Below, in pieces: positions 45,783-59,415 of a DNA stretch of 64,000 nucleotides. The DNA is from Podarcis filfolensis (taxonomy: Eukaryota), in NCBI GenBank assembly GCA_964270895.1, contig OZ185446.1. One strand, written 5' to 3'. The position numbers and the translations under genes were made by a program. The notes beneath the pieces were generated by a model. That model saw only the letters and a list, made by a program, of their open reading frames with translations, did no database searches and was not told where the DNA came from. The first letter of the stretch is position 1; the number at the start of each line of letters is the position of its first letter.

Positions 45783-46469
45783 GAGCGCAGGACAGGTCCA
45801 TAAGGATTGCAGCTTCCAAACTGTAGAACTCTCTCCACTAGGAGATTCATCCTGCTGGTCTCCAGAGGCCTGGTGAGAATTGCCTTATTGCAATGGGCAC
45901 TCGGTATTGGTTAGTTGTCCTAGTTAGTGAAGCCGACATCTTTGCTGCCCCTTTTGCTGCTTTGTTCTGTTGCTCAGATCTTTTTATGGATATTATTTGA
46001 CATTTGTTCATATTAATTGATTGACTAAATTTGTGTTCTTCCAAAGGTTCCTGCCAAGATGCATAGCAATATACTAAAATATACCAAATCCACACACACA
46101 AAAACAAAAATATAAAGCTATTATCAAAAACCCAAACATCACAATAGCAGAGAACCAAATTTGTTGACAACCAGAACTCAAATCTCCATTTTCTTTTTAT
46201 TGTGTTTGTCATTGTTTTCTTTTTTTAAGGGCCCTCTGTGTACAAAAAGCAGCCTATGCATTTCAGTATAAATAAATATTATAGATTGGGGTGAGGGTTG
46301 TGGGGGACAGAGATGACTTGCCTAAGATTTTATACAGCTCAGTTCTGTGCAGGGTCAGAGTGCTTATGTCCCTGACTGATTAAAATATTTACAGTTCACA
46401 AGGTAATAATGATAACAGTGCCCTGGTGTATGGTGTGTACTTCAAGGAGTGACAGGGGTCTCTGTTCAA

Positions 46470-46878
46470 CATGGCACATCCTCATGCCAAGACAAAAGTG
46501 TGTTGCATCAGGCATTAGGCCTGTCGAAAGCCCAGCTCTGTGTTACAAAGATGTCTCCAAATGTGACATGAAGGCTGGCAATGTCAACTCTGCCCTGTGG
46601 GAATCGCTTGCAGACGACCGCAGGGCCTGCAGACAGGCAGTCAGGTTGTGCATCCATAGCAGTGACCAGAGAGGAATGACCGCTGGGAGGAGCGCAGAGA
46701 GAAGAAACGCCATGGTGCATCTGCAGCAGCACAACCAGATGCCTTCACCTGCCCCAGCTGCAACAAAACATCTCTCCAATATCGGTCTCTACAGCCACAG
46801 CAGGCGCTGTAACTCTCCAACAGTTTGACGTTACCCCTGAAAGTGCACTCTACTGTTGTCTCCCGAGACAGATGGGTG
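46470..46878 (+). mobile_element. RTE-clade (non-BovB) LINE 3' fragment
   Basis: Decayed frame YKDV.K.DMKAGN..LWESLADDR.A.RQAV..FTCPSCNK...IGLYSHSRRC. Confidence 0.8.
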
Positions 46879-47008
46879 CCAACAACAGCTTTGGAATGGC
46901 ATAGCAATTGAGATTCCTCCCATCTGTTGGGGCTGGTGTAGATATGATAGGGCCAGTCATATTCATGCGTCGTTCAATATATGCATTTATTGGGGGAGTA
47001 GTGGAAGA

Positions 47009-47382
47009 TGCTTTTGAATTATGGTGCTGGAGGAGACTCTTGAGAGTCCCATGGACTGCAAGAAGATCAAACCTATCCATTCTTAAGGAAATCAGCCCTG
47101 AGTGCTCACTGGAAGGACAGATCCTGAAGCTGAGGCTCCAAGACTTTGGCCACCTCATGAGAAGAGAAGACTCCCTGGAAAAGACCCTGATGTTGGGAAA
47201 GATGGAGGGCACAAGGAGAAGGGGATGACAGAGGACGAGATGGTTGGACAGTGTTCTCAAAGCTACCAGCATGAGTTTAACCAAACTGCGGGAGGCAGTG
47301 GAAGACAGGAGGGCCTGGCGTGCTCTGGTCCATGGGGTCACGAATAGTCAGACACGACTAAACAACTAAACAACAACAACAA
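47009..47382 (+). mobile_element. BovB 3' fragment
   Basis: AFELWCWRRLLRVPWTARRS frame; TSD agtggaaga 47000-08 / 47383-91. Confidence 0.95.
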
Positions 47383-47938
47383 AGTGGAAGAATGAGCCAG
47401 GAGATTCTGTATCTCCCCCTGCGTTATATCTTTTAAAGGGAAATACAACATTTCCCAGTTGCAGTAGGGGTTGTACTGCCTAGCTGCTTGCTTCCTTATG
47501 TGGCTTCCCATCTCCAGAGAGCTTTCATTACAAATCATCAACACACTCTTCACCTGCTGCTTTGTATGTGCCTTCACAGCCATTAAGCAACTGCAGACAA
47601 CTGTTATCACGTGAAGTTTGCAGCAATTGCCTTAAATGCCTGGTATTCTTTGCAATGAATCAGCCTAATGGAGAAATAGCAGGCCCTGCTCAGTTTTGCT
47701 ACAAGCAACTGACTCTACTTAACATTCACCAGCCATAGCTTGCCTGCACCTCAGTTTTCACTGCTAGTGGAAGAGTGCAAACCTTTACGGATGGGTTGCA
47801 GGGAAAGAGAGTCCTTTGCCCCATGCCCTTACACAGTGCACATGGAATAACTGCGCATTTGAAATGCTGGCACAAAAATGGTAAGCAAATGCTTAAAAGG
47901 TATGGAAAATATTTAGCCCGGGGAGAAAGGGCTTTGCA

Positions 47939-48545
47939 TGTCAGATCCTGAGCAGTGCCAGAAAAGGAAAGCCTAAGCTGATGGGGAAATAGAAGAGTGA
48001 TTAACGGCAGATTTGGACTTGCAGCAATATTGATGCACAAATCAAAAGCAAGGGGAAAGGCTGAACCCCAAAGCCTTGTTGGAAGACACATTGCATGGGC
48101 CTACCTGTGTGGGTGCAAAACTGCTCGACTTCTGTGTGCAATCCTGGCCAATCGATAATCCAAATTAAATTACAAATCATCCATTTTAAAACCAGCACGC
48201 TTCTGTAATTGAGGCTGGCGTATGGGTGGACAAGGAGGTCTAACCCTTTCTGCCCGTGCCTCAGCCCTCCTTCAAACCCCACACCCCTAGCCCGTGAGGC
48301 CACTAGTGATAGAGATGGGTGTAGGGCTTGTTGCTCAAGCAACAAGGTTTTCCTGAACTCTGGTGTGGTATTGTATCCTTGGTTATTCTTTGATCCAGAC
48401 TTCTGACTTGCTCGTTGACCTCACCTTGTGGTTCGTCCTTTGCGTAGAGACTTACTCTTCAGTTCTGATTATTGGCTTTTCCCACAGTTCCTGGTTCCTA
48501 GCTCCTGGCTCACTTGAGACCACTATCCTTGGTTCAGCCCTGACA
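47939..48545 (+). mobile_element. Probable solo LTR (Gypsy-like)
   Basis: TGTCAG..CTGACA termini, pyrimidine-rich 3' part; no TSD match. Confidence 0.5.
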
Positions 48546-48963
48546 TACTCCCTGTCCATTCACACATTTGAGTGGGACAGGGAGAGTGAAAGTGGAGAGA
48601 AACTATATGAAGACTATCTTATACACAGCTCTGTAGTGTTCCTGAAGAAACCTCATTTGCTGACCATTTACTGCATCCTTTTATTTATTTTTTTGGCATG
48701 TCTATGACGTTGCTAACTGTGTGGCTTGGCTCCTGTGTGTCTGATTATTAGTGTTTTGGCACAGCCTGTTACTATTGGACCTCTCTTCAGCCGACATGTT
48801 AGCCCATTAGCTTTTGTGATAGATGCATCTCAGCAGTCGCATTAAGGAGCTGTAATGCAGTAAATCATATTTCCTTTGAATGGAATGTCATTTTCATCAT
48901 TTGCAGTTTCCACCAAAACTTCAAGCACTCTGAAAACACTTACCTGCCTGTAAAAACATTATC

Positions 48964-49238
48964 CCCGCGATGGGGTGAGCTCCTGTTGCTCAGTCCCAGC
49001 TCCTGCCAACCTAGTGCAAGTAGATAAATAGGTACTGCTCTGGCAGGAAGGTAAAGGCGTTTCCATGCGCTGCTCTGGTTTCTCCAGAAGCTGCTTAGTC
49101 ATGCTGGCCACATGACCCGGAAATCTGTCTGTGGACAAATGCAGACTCCCTCAGTCAGTAAAGCGAGATGAGCGCTGCAACCCCAGAGTCATTCGCGACT
49201 GGACTTAACTGTCAGGGGTCCTTTACCTTTACCTTTAA
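48964..49238 (+). mobile_element. Sauria SINE (5'-truncated)
   Basis: Consensus body and tail. Confidence 0.9.
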
Positions 49239-50480
49239 TGCACTGAACTTGGAAGAAATGAAGCATTGGGGAAGAGAGTTCAGATTTCAATCCTGTTCAC
49301 GGTTTCCTCAGAGTAAATCCCACTGAACTCAGTAGCTTAGATCTGTGTAGACATTTATAGGATTGCACAGTTCATTAACTTTTCTCACAACCTAGAAAGC
49401 TTGACTCCCATGTAGTCTGATGGGAAATGGCAAGTCTGATTAATCCTTAGTTTGTATCGTGGTCTGAAACAGTGCACTGATATCGTGTCTGACTGCAAAG
49501 GAGTATTGTTGTCTGATATCTTGACCAGGAGACTGAGGCAAGGTCTTTTCAAACATATAGAAAAGGGCATTAAATATTATCATTGCTATTCTAGCTAGAA
49601 GAAACAATGTTCTTTCTATAGTCATCTGTTAGTTAGCATTTCATTTTCTAAGAGACAAGACAGCATCAGGCACAGCAGAAGGATGTAGGGGGATTCTTGA
49701 GAATATGAATGTTCTCTAGCTTAGAATCTGTCAGGACATAGACTGCAAGCTTTGCGGTGTTCGGGAGCCAAAATGTTCAACTTGCAAGGCGTTTGAGATC
49801 CAAGGGACGACTGTATCTCCAAACAAACAGATTACCCACAGACTCTTTCCCTTTCCTTCTTATCCCAGCTCTCGCGCAAGATCCGAACTGCACGCTCCCT
49901 CTCTGCTTCTTAACAACGACCCCCACAATCTCCCACAAATGTATTCTCTTGTGTTCACCATGTCTGTTCTCTTGACCATCTGTCTCCTCTTCCTCTTTCC
50001 TGTTCCATGTGCTAATTTAGCTGGCTTTTTTCATCTCTTCTTCCTCTTGTCACTTTCCTGGTCTCATATAGCAGACCTCCATAAGTGAAATGTAATATAA
50101 TATTTTTAAACTGTGATGGAATGTGGGGCTACAGAGCAGTAGTGGGGGAAATGCTATACACATAAAAGCTCCTGTGGTTTATCTATAGCAGAGCTAGTTA
50201 AATATTATTTTAGGTAGAAGGGTAGGAAAGACCCTCTGCTGAGATGTTTCATGATGTTCCTTTATAATAACTTCAGTATCCACCTGTTGGTCCTTAAAAA
50301 CTCTCCCAAGGTGACTCACACAAAATGAAAAACAATCCAAGCCTGTTACAAAATAATGCCAGAGAGCAGCTGCTGATCAGAGCATTCAGTATTGGGTTAA
50401 GTGAGTCAATGATCATACCCTGCATAAAGCAACATCATGTGTTTAGAAATACAAATGTGCATCCTAATAACAGCGGCATA

Positions 50481-50826
50481 AGGGTGGCGCTGTGGGTTAA
50501 ACCACAGAGCCTAGGACTTCAGCAAGGTCGGCGGTTCGAATCCCCGTGACGGGGTGAGCTCCCGTTGCTCGGTCCCTGCTCCTGCCAACCTAGCACTTCG
50601 AAAGCATGTCAAAGTGCAAGTAGATAAATAGGTACCACTCCGGCGGGAAGGTAAACGGTGTTTCCGTGCGCTGCTCTGGTTTGCCAGAAGCGGCTTAGTC
50701 AGGCTGGCCACATGACCCGGAAGCTGTACGCCGGCTCCCTCAGCCAGTAAAGCGAGGTGAGCGCCGCAACTCCAGAGTCGGTCACGACTGGACCTAATGG
50801 TCAGGGGTCCCTTTACCTTTACCTTT
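50481..50826 (+). mobile_element. Sauria SINE
   Basis: Near full length, tttacctttacc tail. Confidence 0.95.
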
Positions 50827-51277
50827 TTAAGAGTATATCCAGAAGGTTTTTCTTTTTTTTATAACATGTCACAATTGGGAATCCTTATAGGAGAGAGCAA
50901 ACAACCATCTTTTCAGCATTCTTGTTTATTTACTGTCTCTCCATTCATTAACAGCCTTTAAATCTTTAGTTCAATTTCTTTGCTGCTTGGAAGTGTTCAC
51001 TTTCTCATAGCAACACCTGAGATAACAGAACTGCTGAGGAGGGCATGCATTAACAGTTTCCTGGTTCTGAACAGTACCTTAACAGCTACTGTGTGTGTGT
51101 TTTGTTTAATTTTACACAACACAAATGCCTCTTCAAACAAAAGTCAATTTCAGGTTGCCAAGATATGGTCTTTAAAATCAACGGAAACTGCTGTACAGTT
51201 GACTTTCATGATACTTTCGACCAACAGAAGACGGATTGTGTTGGAATAATGGGATTGGTACAAATCCTCTGCACAGG

Positions 51278-51400
51278 AGCCTTCCTTAGCCTGGTTCTCT
51301 TCAGACTACAACTCCCATCATCCCTGACCATCGGACATTCTGGCTGGGACTGATGGTTGTAAGCCAAGACATCTTGAGGGCACCAAGTTGGAGAAGGCTG
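51278..51400. mobile_element. Short palindromic squamate MITE
   Basis: agccttc..gaaggct termini, ctacaactcccatcatccctgacc core. Confidence 0.6.
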
Positions 51401-51687
51401 CTGCTCTAGAGACCTTTGTTAATTGTATCCACCAACTCTCCCTCCTCCATTTCCTCTAGCGGTGCTTTCTATGGAAAGTCATCATACCACATACATTTTC
51501 TGTAAGAAATCCTGTAACAGCCACTTGGCTCTGATGGACCAAAGATGTTGAAATTAACAGTCTGTCCAGTTCCAGATTCCTAATAAAGCGGGTGGGAGTC
51601 TCTTGCGGCATTTCTAACTCTGCCCTTCCCTTCCCATCTGGCTCCATCAGACATTGAAAGTGGCTAAGCTAAGCAGTATCATCTCTT

Positions 51688-52123
51688 GTTGTTGTTGTTT
51701 AGTTGTTTAGTCGTGTCTGACTCTTCGTGACCCCATGGACCAGAGCACGCCAGGCACTCCTGTCTTCCACTGCCTCCCGCAGTTTAGTCAAACTCATGCT
51801 GGTAGCTTCGAGAACGCTATCCAACCATCTCGTCCTCTGTCCCCTTCTCCTTGTGCCCTCCATCTTTCCCAACATCAGGGTCTTTTCCAGGGAGTCTGCT
51901 CTTCTCGTTAGGTGGCCAAAGTCTTGGAGCCTCAGCTTCAGGATCTGTCCTTCCAGTGAGCACTCAGGGCTGATTTCCTTCAGAATGGATAGGTTTGATC
52001 TTCTTGCAGTCCATGGGACTCTCAAGAGTCTCCTCCAGCACCATAATTCAAACGCATCAATTCTTCAGCGATCAGCCTTCTTTATGGTCCAGCTCTCACT
52101 TCCATACATCACTACTGGGAAAA
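51688..52123 (-). mobile_element. BovB 3' fragment
   Basis: Near-identical to 13731; TSD atctctt 51681-87 / 52126-32. Confidence 0.95.
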
Positions 52124-52927
52124 TAATCTCTTACAATCAGTTTTATACATTTCCACAAAAGAACTGCCTTCGCTCAGCTGAACCTGCCTGCTTTCTGCTG
52201 CACTGCTCTCTGCCTTTTCGTTTTGGGGTTGTTGTTTTTTCTAGGGTTTTTAGAAATAGCAGGCTCACAGTACAAATTTTCTGACCTTGCAATACCTGAG
52301 TGCATTAAGCTGAGATGCCTTGCTCTGAAACTCTATCCCTACCACACTACTGTTCCCAGGAGACTGTGAGAAAGCAAAACATTGCTGGGTACCTGGAGCT
52401 TTCAAAGAATGTGATCTCCCCACCTGAAGTATTCGATTTATGTGAGCCAGTAGTGATTCAAGCCAAGGGAGTTGGCATATCATTAGTTCCCCCCGCCCTT
52501 TGAACAGTCCCTGGTGTGTCTGTGTACATGTGGGGAGGAGAAATCCCTAGAAAACAGGAAGGCACAAGCATCTCTACTCTTGCTTTCACCCCTGTTTTCT
52601 TCACAGATTGCTCTACATGGCTGTCAGCAATGAATTTTCTTCAATGGTGACACCGAGGAATGGGATGGTATCTCCTCCGCAGCCACATCTGGCTGGTTGT
52701 GCTTGCTTGAGATCAACACACTCTTCACAGCAGCTACTTTATAGATTAAAAAAGGCATTTTATGGCAATGGAAGGAAGATCCGTACTTCGTAAATAGAAG
52801 GACAAGATTTCTGTTCGGTGTTGCAGTGTTGTGATGAAAATATTGGATCGAAGCCTTTGCATGGCTTAAGCCATTGCTCACCCAATATTTAATGATCTGC
52901 ATCTTTTTTGTTTTGTTTTGTTTATAG

Positions 52928-53139
52928 CCTCTGGTCTTTCCTCCTCTCCCTCGACCCCGACACAAGTGATCAAGCAGCCAACATTTCCGCTTGAATCCTA
53001 CAAACATGAACCAGAGAGGCTAGAAACACGGATTCACACGTCCTCTTCCCCCCCAGATACAGGCCAGAGACCGAGCCTTCCTCCTGGACAAAGTGTGGCC
53101 AAACCTCCCACCTCCACCCCGTGCGCTACCTCAAAAGCC
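52928..53139 (+). CDS. PRKAG2: PRKAG2 internal coding exon (equivalent to human exon 4), (A)[70 protein letters not shown]
   Basis: Long T-rich tract ending tttatag (AG 52926-27) and canonical donor gtaagt at 53140. Length 212 nt, phase 1 in and phase 0 out. Near-identical to the recalled human AMPK gamma-2 segment [47 protein letters not shown]. Confidence 0.97.
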
Positions 53140-53274
53140 GTAAGTATGGACTGTTTCATTTCTCTGTAAGACATGCAAAGTCCTGTGTGCATTTTAGGAT
53201 TAACAGGGTGCTTCTAAGTGTCCAAGTGCATAACATGGATTATCTTCTTATAATCCTTTTGATATAATTGGTCC

Positions 53275-53603
53275 AGTATACCTGAAGGAGCATCTCCACC
53301 CCCATCGTTCTGTCTGGACACTGAGGTCCAGCGCCGAGGGCCTTCTGGCAGTTCCCTCACTGCGAGAAGCCAAGTTACAGGGAACCAGGCAGAGGGTCTT
53401 CTTGGTAGTGGCACCCACCCTGTGGAACGCCCTCCCACCAGATGTCAAAGAGAAAAATAACTACCAAACTTTTAGAAGACATCTGAAGGCAGCCCTGTTT
53501 AGGGAAGCTTTTAATGTTTAATAGGTTATTGTATTTTAGTGTTCTGTTGGAAGCCGCCCAGAGTGGCTGGGGAAGCCCAGCCAGATGGGCGGGCTATAAA
53601 TAA

Positions 53604-53648
<45 letters not shown>

Positions 53649-53655
53649 AATAATT
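53275..53655 (+). mobile_element. L2 LINE 3' fragment with long (TTA)n tail
   Basis: Similar to the 36013 copy; starts only ~135 nt after the exon 4 donor. Confidence 0.92.
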
Positions 53656-54889
53656 AATTCTGCAAGATACTTAAGTCTTACAGTTATCACTATATTTCAG
53701 TTGGGGTGAGGACGGGGGCTGATGCCTTTTCTGAGGCCTCCTAATGAGTCCAAGGCAGAGGTGGGGTTTGAACCAATGGCTTCTCGATTCTTAGCAAAGG
53801 CTTTTAGACTGCAAATCTCTGCAGGTTTGCCTGGGAATTTTTCAGAAGGTGTGCCTAAATTTTAACTTGCACACTGAGTAGTTAGCCATCAGGCATTACA
53901 AATAGCAACTAATTATTGGCACCATTGTCTTCAATAGGATACAGTGTTTAATTTGTAGGATGCAGTTTTCTGTTGGAAGATAAAGCTATTTTGATTACTT
54001 GGGTTCCTTCCTCAAACCTGCTTATTCTGCTTAATCCTGTATAGGATTCTAGCTGTGAACACCCATCAGTCTTGTTTATAGTATCAATAGCTGTATTTTC
54101 TCAGGGGTAAGCAATACACTGTGTTTTACTTTATAAAATTCTAAATTCAGATATAAAACCTCACCCATAGCCAATATACTTTTGCTGAAGCTTAGAAGTA
54201 ACAAACATTTAAAGCCTGCAATTTTCAGAGAAAAATGTGAAGACAGCCAAACCTTCCACCTGCTACAGTAGAGTGACTGAGTAAGTGTGTGTGTGTGTGT
54301 GGTGTGTTTGTAAGGGCCAGAGGAAAAATGGGTTGCAGAATCTCCCACTTAACTTGGGAATTTAAAGGGTTAGCATCGATCTGGCTTGCAGTCTGACAGC
54401 TGTATTAAGCACCTGTAAATTTACGGAATTTACGTAAAGAGATGACTAATGGGAACTAGAGCAAAGGTAGCTGATATGTGCTGCTGTGAGACCTGCTGTT
54501 AGATGTGGCTGGCAAGAAGCCACTGATGACTAAACTAATACTTTGACCTCAGCTCATTCTAACATCAATCACATCAGGTCACTGTATACTTTGCTTACAT
54601 GCCAGTATGAAATAGTAGTTGACTTTGGTGGGGAAACTCTCCTGAATGGCCACTGCAGAGCCTCTGAGTGTGAAAGTCAACTGGCAACTTTCATAGGAGG
54701 AAGAAATTACTCATTTGGGGATTGGATGTATGAAATATAGCTTGGTGATTCAGTTGATAGATTATTCTTCCATCAGCCTTTCTGAGTGAACGTGAGTTCT
54801 TCAAACCATTCACCTTTGACATGAGTTGCTGATCTAAGTACGGTCCACACAATATGGCAATCAAACATGGAGGATTTATTTCAGATAAC

Positions 54890-55086
54890 AACAGAGAATT
54901 GTAGGGTTGGAAGAGACCCCAAAGGTCATCTAGTCCAACCCCCTGCAATGCAGGAACCTCAGCTAAAGCATCCTTGACAGATGGCCATCCAATCTCTAAA
55001 CTCAATGGAAGGAGAGTCCACAACAACCTGAGGGAGACGGTTCCACTGTCAAACAGCTCTTGCTGCCAGAAAGTTTTTCCAGATGT
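54890..55086 (-). mobile_element. CR1 3' fragment
   Basis: Reverse complement of CR1 3' UTR and tail. Confidence 0.85.
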
Positions 55087-55142
55087 GATCAACCTCCACC
55101 TCTGGCCATGTGAAAACCTTATGTCAGACCTTTGACTTTCTA

Positions 55143-55499
55143 AAGGTAAAGGTAAAGGGACCCCTGACCATTAGGTCCAGTTGCGGACGACTCTGGGGTT
55201 GCGGCGCTCATCCCGCTTTATTGGCCAAGGGAGCCGGCGTACAGCTTCCGGGTCATGTGGCCAGCATGACTAAGCCGCTTCTGGCGAACCAGAGCAGCAC
55301 ACAGAAATGCCGTTTACCTTCCCGCCGGAGCAGTACCTATTTATCTACCTACACGTTGACATGCTTTCGAACTGCTAGGTTGGCAGGAGCTGGGACTGAG
55401 CAACGGGAGCTCACCCTGTCGCAGGGATTCGAACCGCCGACCTTCTGATCGGCAAGTCCTAGGCTCTGTGGTTTAACCCACAGCACCACCCGCGTCCCC
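55143..55499 (-). mobile_element. Sauria SINE, full length
   Basis: TSD tttgactttcta on both sides. Confidence 0.96.
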
Positions 55500-56226
55500 T
55501 TTTTGACTTTCTAGCCCTGCGTTGATTTATACCCAGTGTTTCCTCAACAAGTACAAAGCAGCTAAGTTTTTTTAAAAAAACCCATAAACTTAGTCACAAT
55601 GATCAAACTTGCCTTGGATCAGAACAGCCATATAATATGAATACTCGGAGGTCTCCCTTCTGTCTTAAGGTGTTACGTCAGCATTTGTCCCAGGGCATGC
55701 CAACAGGACAATAACACAAAATAGGACACCTAAGTTAAGTACTAAAACTTGGTGAGAAAGAGATGGGGAGACAATAGCAAGGGGTGGTATCTTTCAAGGT
55801 AAGAGATGGGCTGACCAATCTTCTGTAGTCTACTTTTTGTAAAGCTAGAATTTTCCACCAAGGTGCATTAAATGTACCAAAAAAAGTAGTTAGTGTAGCT
55901 GAGGCATAACTAATCTGTGCTAAGTGATCCTAAATATGTATGTGTTCTTTCTTAAGAGCATAAGAAGTGCCTGGGTGGATCAGATTAAGGTCTACCAAAT
56001 TCAGCATCCTTTACAAGAAACCTGTCCATCCCCAAGCACTAAGTAACCCATATGCAGCTTGAAAGCTGTGTGCCATTTTTTATGTGCACACCTAGTCTAG
56101 GGTGAGAAGATCCTTCCCCACAGCAAGCCTTCCCAATTGCTCTTTCCTACTTATGCCATTCCTATTACCCAAAATATTTTCTATCATTTGGTTTGCCATC
56201 TCCCTATATCTGGGGTCAGTTAGTAT

Positions 56227-56740
56227 TGTTATGAGTTTGGGAAGGGGTGAGCCTAATGTCTGGACCCCCTTCTAATTTTTAATAGCCAGGCTAGCTAGCT
56301 TCCTGGTGAGGTGATAGCCTGGGTGATGGGCCATTAAGGAGAACAAAGAAAGGGGCTGTGTGCAAGATGGCAAATGGGTAGAGACCCATCCTTCATTTCG
56401 TGGGAAGCTAGAAGGACAGAGGCAGAGTTGAGATCAGAGACATGGGAATGATGTCAGCTAGAAGCTGGAAAGAAGCAGGCAGAAGCCAGAGAGATGGAGG
56501 CATGCTTGATTTCTGTTCAAATTCAAGGCTGTGGCTATTACAGAAACAATATCCTCTTGGGCTGTTAATGCTGAGAACCTCTCCACCATAGGGTCAGGCT
56601 GTATATATGCGTGTAAATAAACCATATATTATAAAGACACTACAGTCTCCGCTATCCCTTTTCCCGAAGGAAACACAAACCCTGGGTAAGTGCCTGGAAT
56701 CTCACATTGTGCTGAGATTGGGGTGGCATATTCCTAACCA
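56227..56740 (+). mobile_element. Solo LTR
   Basis: TGTTATG start, tatatatg and AATAAA at ~56600-56620; homologous to 29288-29968. Confidence 0.7.
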
Positions 56741-58846
56741 TAGGAATGGCAGGTGCTTTCTATCACCATGATCTCTTCCTAAAAATCTCATGCTGCTTCC
56801 ATATTTTTCTCCTTTACATCTAAATTTCTACCCTGCAATCTTGTTCTAACCTTAATTACTTGGTTTCTGTTTACTCCAACTCGCAACGGTTGTTTTGCAC
56901 TAAATAGTCTCCAGTCCTACATTCTGCTTTTGCATACCGCTCATCTCTTGGTGTCTCCTGTGAGTCCGCTTTTCTGAAACTACTTTTAATATGTCATTAT
57001 TCAAATCTGACGATTGCGACATAACCCTTTGCTTTTGATTAATGTCGGCACTGTGTATTTAGTTATATAATGCTTGCATACCAAAATAGTTTCAATGCAG
57101 TTTACAAGTATAAAATCAAGTATTCAATATCCACACATAGTTGAAATACAGAATAAAGCAATTCCATCGAAACATAAAAACATCTGTATTTAATATATAC
57201 GATAAAACAAGCCTGTGAAGAAACATAACAATTAAAACAGTTAAAAGAACAATTAAAACAATTAGATCAGAAAGCTCAGGTTCAGGGAAATGCTTGACTT
57301 AGAAGATGTGTCTTCGAGAGCCAGTGAGTCCTAGGATATTTTAGCAATATTGATGTATTTACTAATACTTATATTTGGTGCAAGGGACTCTGCAGATTGA
57401 AATAGTATTATCTCTTAACCTCTAGTATCACCAACATTTCTCCTCCCCTCCTTTTTTAACTGCCCTGCTTCTGTGCTTCTGATGGCAACCTAATGCGCAG
57501 AAACCTTTTTCCACCGTGGAGATAAATGGTGGGTAAAAACATTCACCTGCTAAATTTCTCTGCATGTCACTCCTGTTAAAGGTACAGGTGCAGGAATAAT
57601 TTTCCTGTGAACAATATCCCATTTGACCCCCCAAACTTTCTTTACAGCAGCAGGAAAGTTTGCTGGGAGCTTGTTTGAGAAAACCATCATGGTATGGAAA
57701 GAGGATCCTTGGTTGTATTCTTTTAGCATCCATATTTACATCTGAGACCGTCCACCAGAACAAAATTAATTTTGTTTTTTTTTTTTTAAAAAAAGGTGGC
57801 TTAGACACAGGAAACTGAGATGACTGTGAGATGGATAGCTTGCCCCTGACTGTGTACTGTACTTATCACATCTTTCATTGGCTCAATAACTCTTCCTATT
57901 TTCTGGAGCGTGGCTGCATAAGATAGCCGGCAAGTCTGACAGTGGCGGAGAAACCATGATTTATAAGCCTTGCATCACATATCCTTTGCAGCCTTTCTGT
58001 GTTAGGACTTCAGCTCTTCTGACAGGGAATAACACATCTGCTGTCTACATGCTCAGGTTGCAACCTGAAGATTTCCTCCTCTGCCTTTAAATCCACCCGT
58101 AAAGCAAAATGCTTAGCAGCTGTGGCTTGTATTGTTTACCTGACATTAGCTCCCTATATCTGTTGATGGGAGAAGAGGAAGATTTCAGAAATGGGGGGGA
58201 CACTGGAAACAGAAGCTACCTCAGCATCAGATGATGTAAAGGTAAAAAGTGAACCCCTGGTCACAGCCCAGAAAGGCAAATTTAATTTATTTGACCCAAA
58301 GCCTCCCAGCTGAGATTTCACACACCTTAACTAGCTGGACGTACTTTATGCTTTCTAATTTTTATACTTTATTTCCCATTGCTATAAGTACAGGCAATGA
58401 CCATTTTACACACATTCAATTTGTGTGTGGTCGTGCACACGCGCATTGCCGCGAACCCAGAAGTGACCGGGAAAAGGGCAACAGTGGCCCTTAAAAAGTG
58501 TGGAAAGGGCAAAAACGGTGTGAAAACAGCACCTAGCAATCCCACGAGCTTTTGCAAGTACAACCCCAAAAGCCCTTGCACCAACCATTGAGGCCTGTGG
58601 AGAGTTGGAGATTGAGAAAGGAGGTATGGAGGGAACAACTGTGGTGGAGTTTGGCATCTGGTAAGTGCTGCTGGTTTTCTAAAGGGTTTTTCTGGGGTTT
58701 ACAGAGGGTGTTCACGGGCTTTTTCTATGGGCTTCCCCAATATACGTGATTTCACTTAAACCCACAGTGCCTTGGAATGTAAGCCCCGTGTAAAATGGTC
58801 GTTGCCTGTAGTTCCACAGAAACTGAAATGCTTCTGTCTCTTTGTA

Positions 58847-59088
58847 CAGTGGTACCTCGGGTTACATACGCTTCAGGTTACATACGCTTCATGTTACAGA
58901 TTCCGCTAATCCAGAAATATTACCTCAGGTTAAGAACTTTGCTTCAGGATGAGAACAGAAATCGTGCTCCGGCAGCGCGGCGGCAGCAGGAGGCTCCAAT
59001 AGCTAAAGTGGTGCTTCAGGTTAAGAACAGTTTCAGGTTAAGTACAGACCTCCGGAACGAATTAAGTACTTAACCCGAGGTACCACTG
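58847..59088. mobile_element. Tc1/mariner MITE, family A
   Basis: Same TIRs, TA TSD. Confidence 0.92.
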
Positions 59089-59090
59089 TA

Positions 59091-59415
59091 TCTTCAGATA
59101 TCTTAAGGGCTGTCACATGGAGGAGGAAGCATGCTTGTTTACTCCTGCTCTGGAGGGTAGGACTCGAACCAATGGCTTAAAGTTGCAAGAAAGGAGATTC
59201 CAACTAAACGTTCAGAAAAACTTTCTGACGGTAAGAGCTGTTCAGCGGTGGAACAGACTCTCACGAAAGGTGGTGGATTCTCCTTCCTTGGAGGTTTCTA
59301 AGCAGATATTGGGTGGCCATTTGCATTGGATGCTTTAGCTGAGGTTCCTGCATTGCAGGGGGTTGGTCTAGATGACCCTTGGGGTCCCTTCCCACTATGA
59401 TTCTACATTTCTGTG
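59091..59415 (+). mobile_element. CR1 3' fragment
   Basis: ORF 59117 [34 protein letters not shown]; CR1 tail. Confidence 0.92.

Larger units (their letters stand above)
12472..52927 (+). other. PRKAG2: PRKAG2 intron between the 3B-type first exon and exon 4 (part of intron 3 of the long isoform)
   Basis: GT..AG boundaries defined by the two exons; phase-compatible. Confidence 0.85.

Noticed and set aside
59080-59100. MITE directly abutting a CR1 fragment, suggesting a composite element
   Set aside because: The MITE has its own TA TSDs, and the other three copies lack CR1; a chance adjacency.
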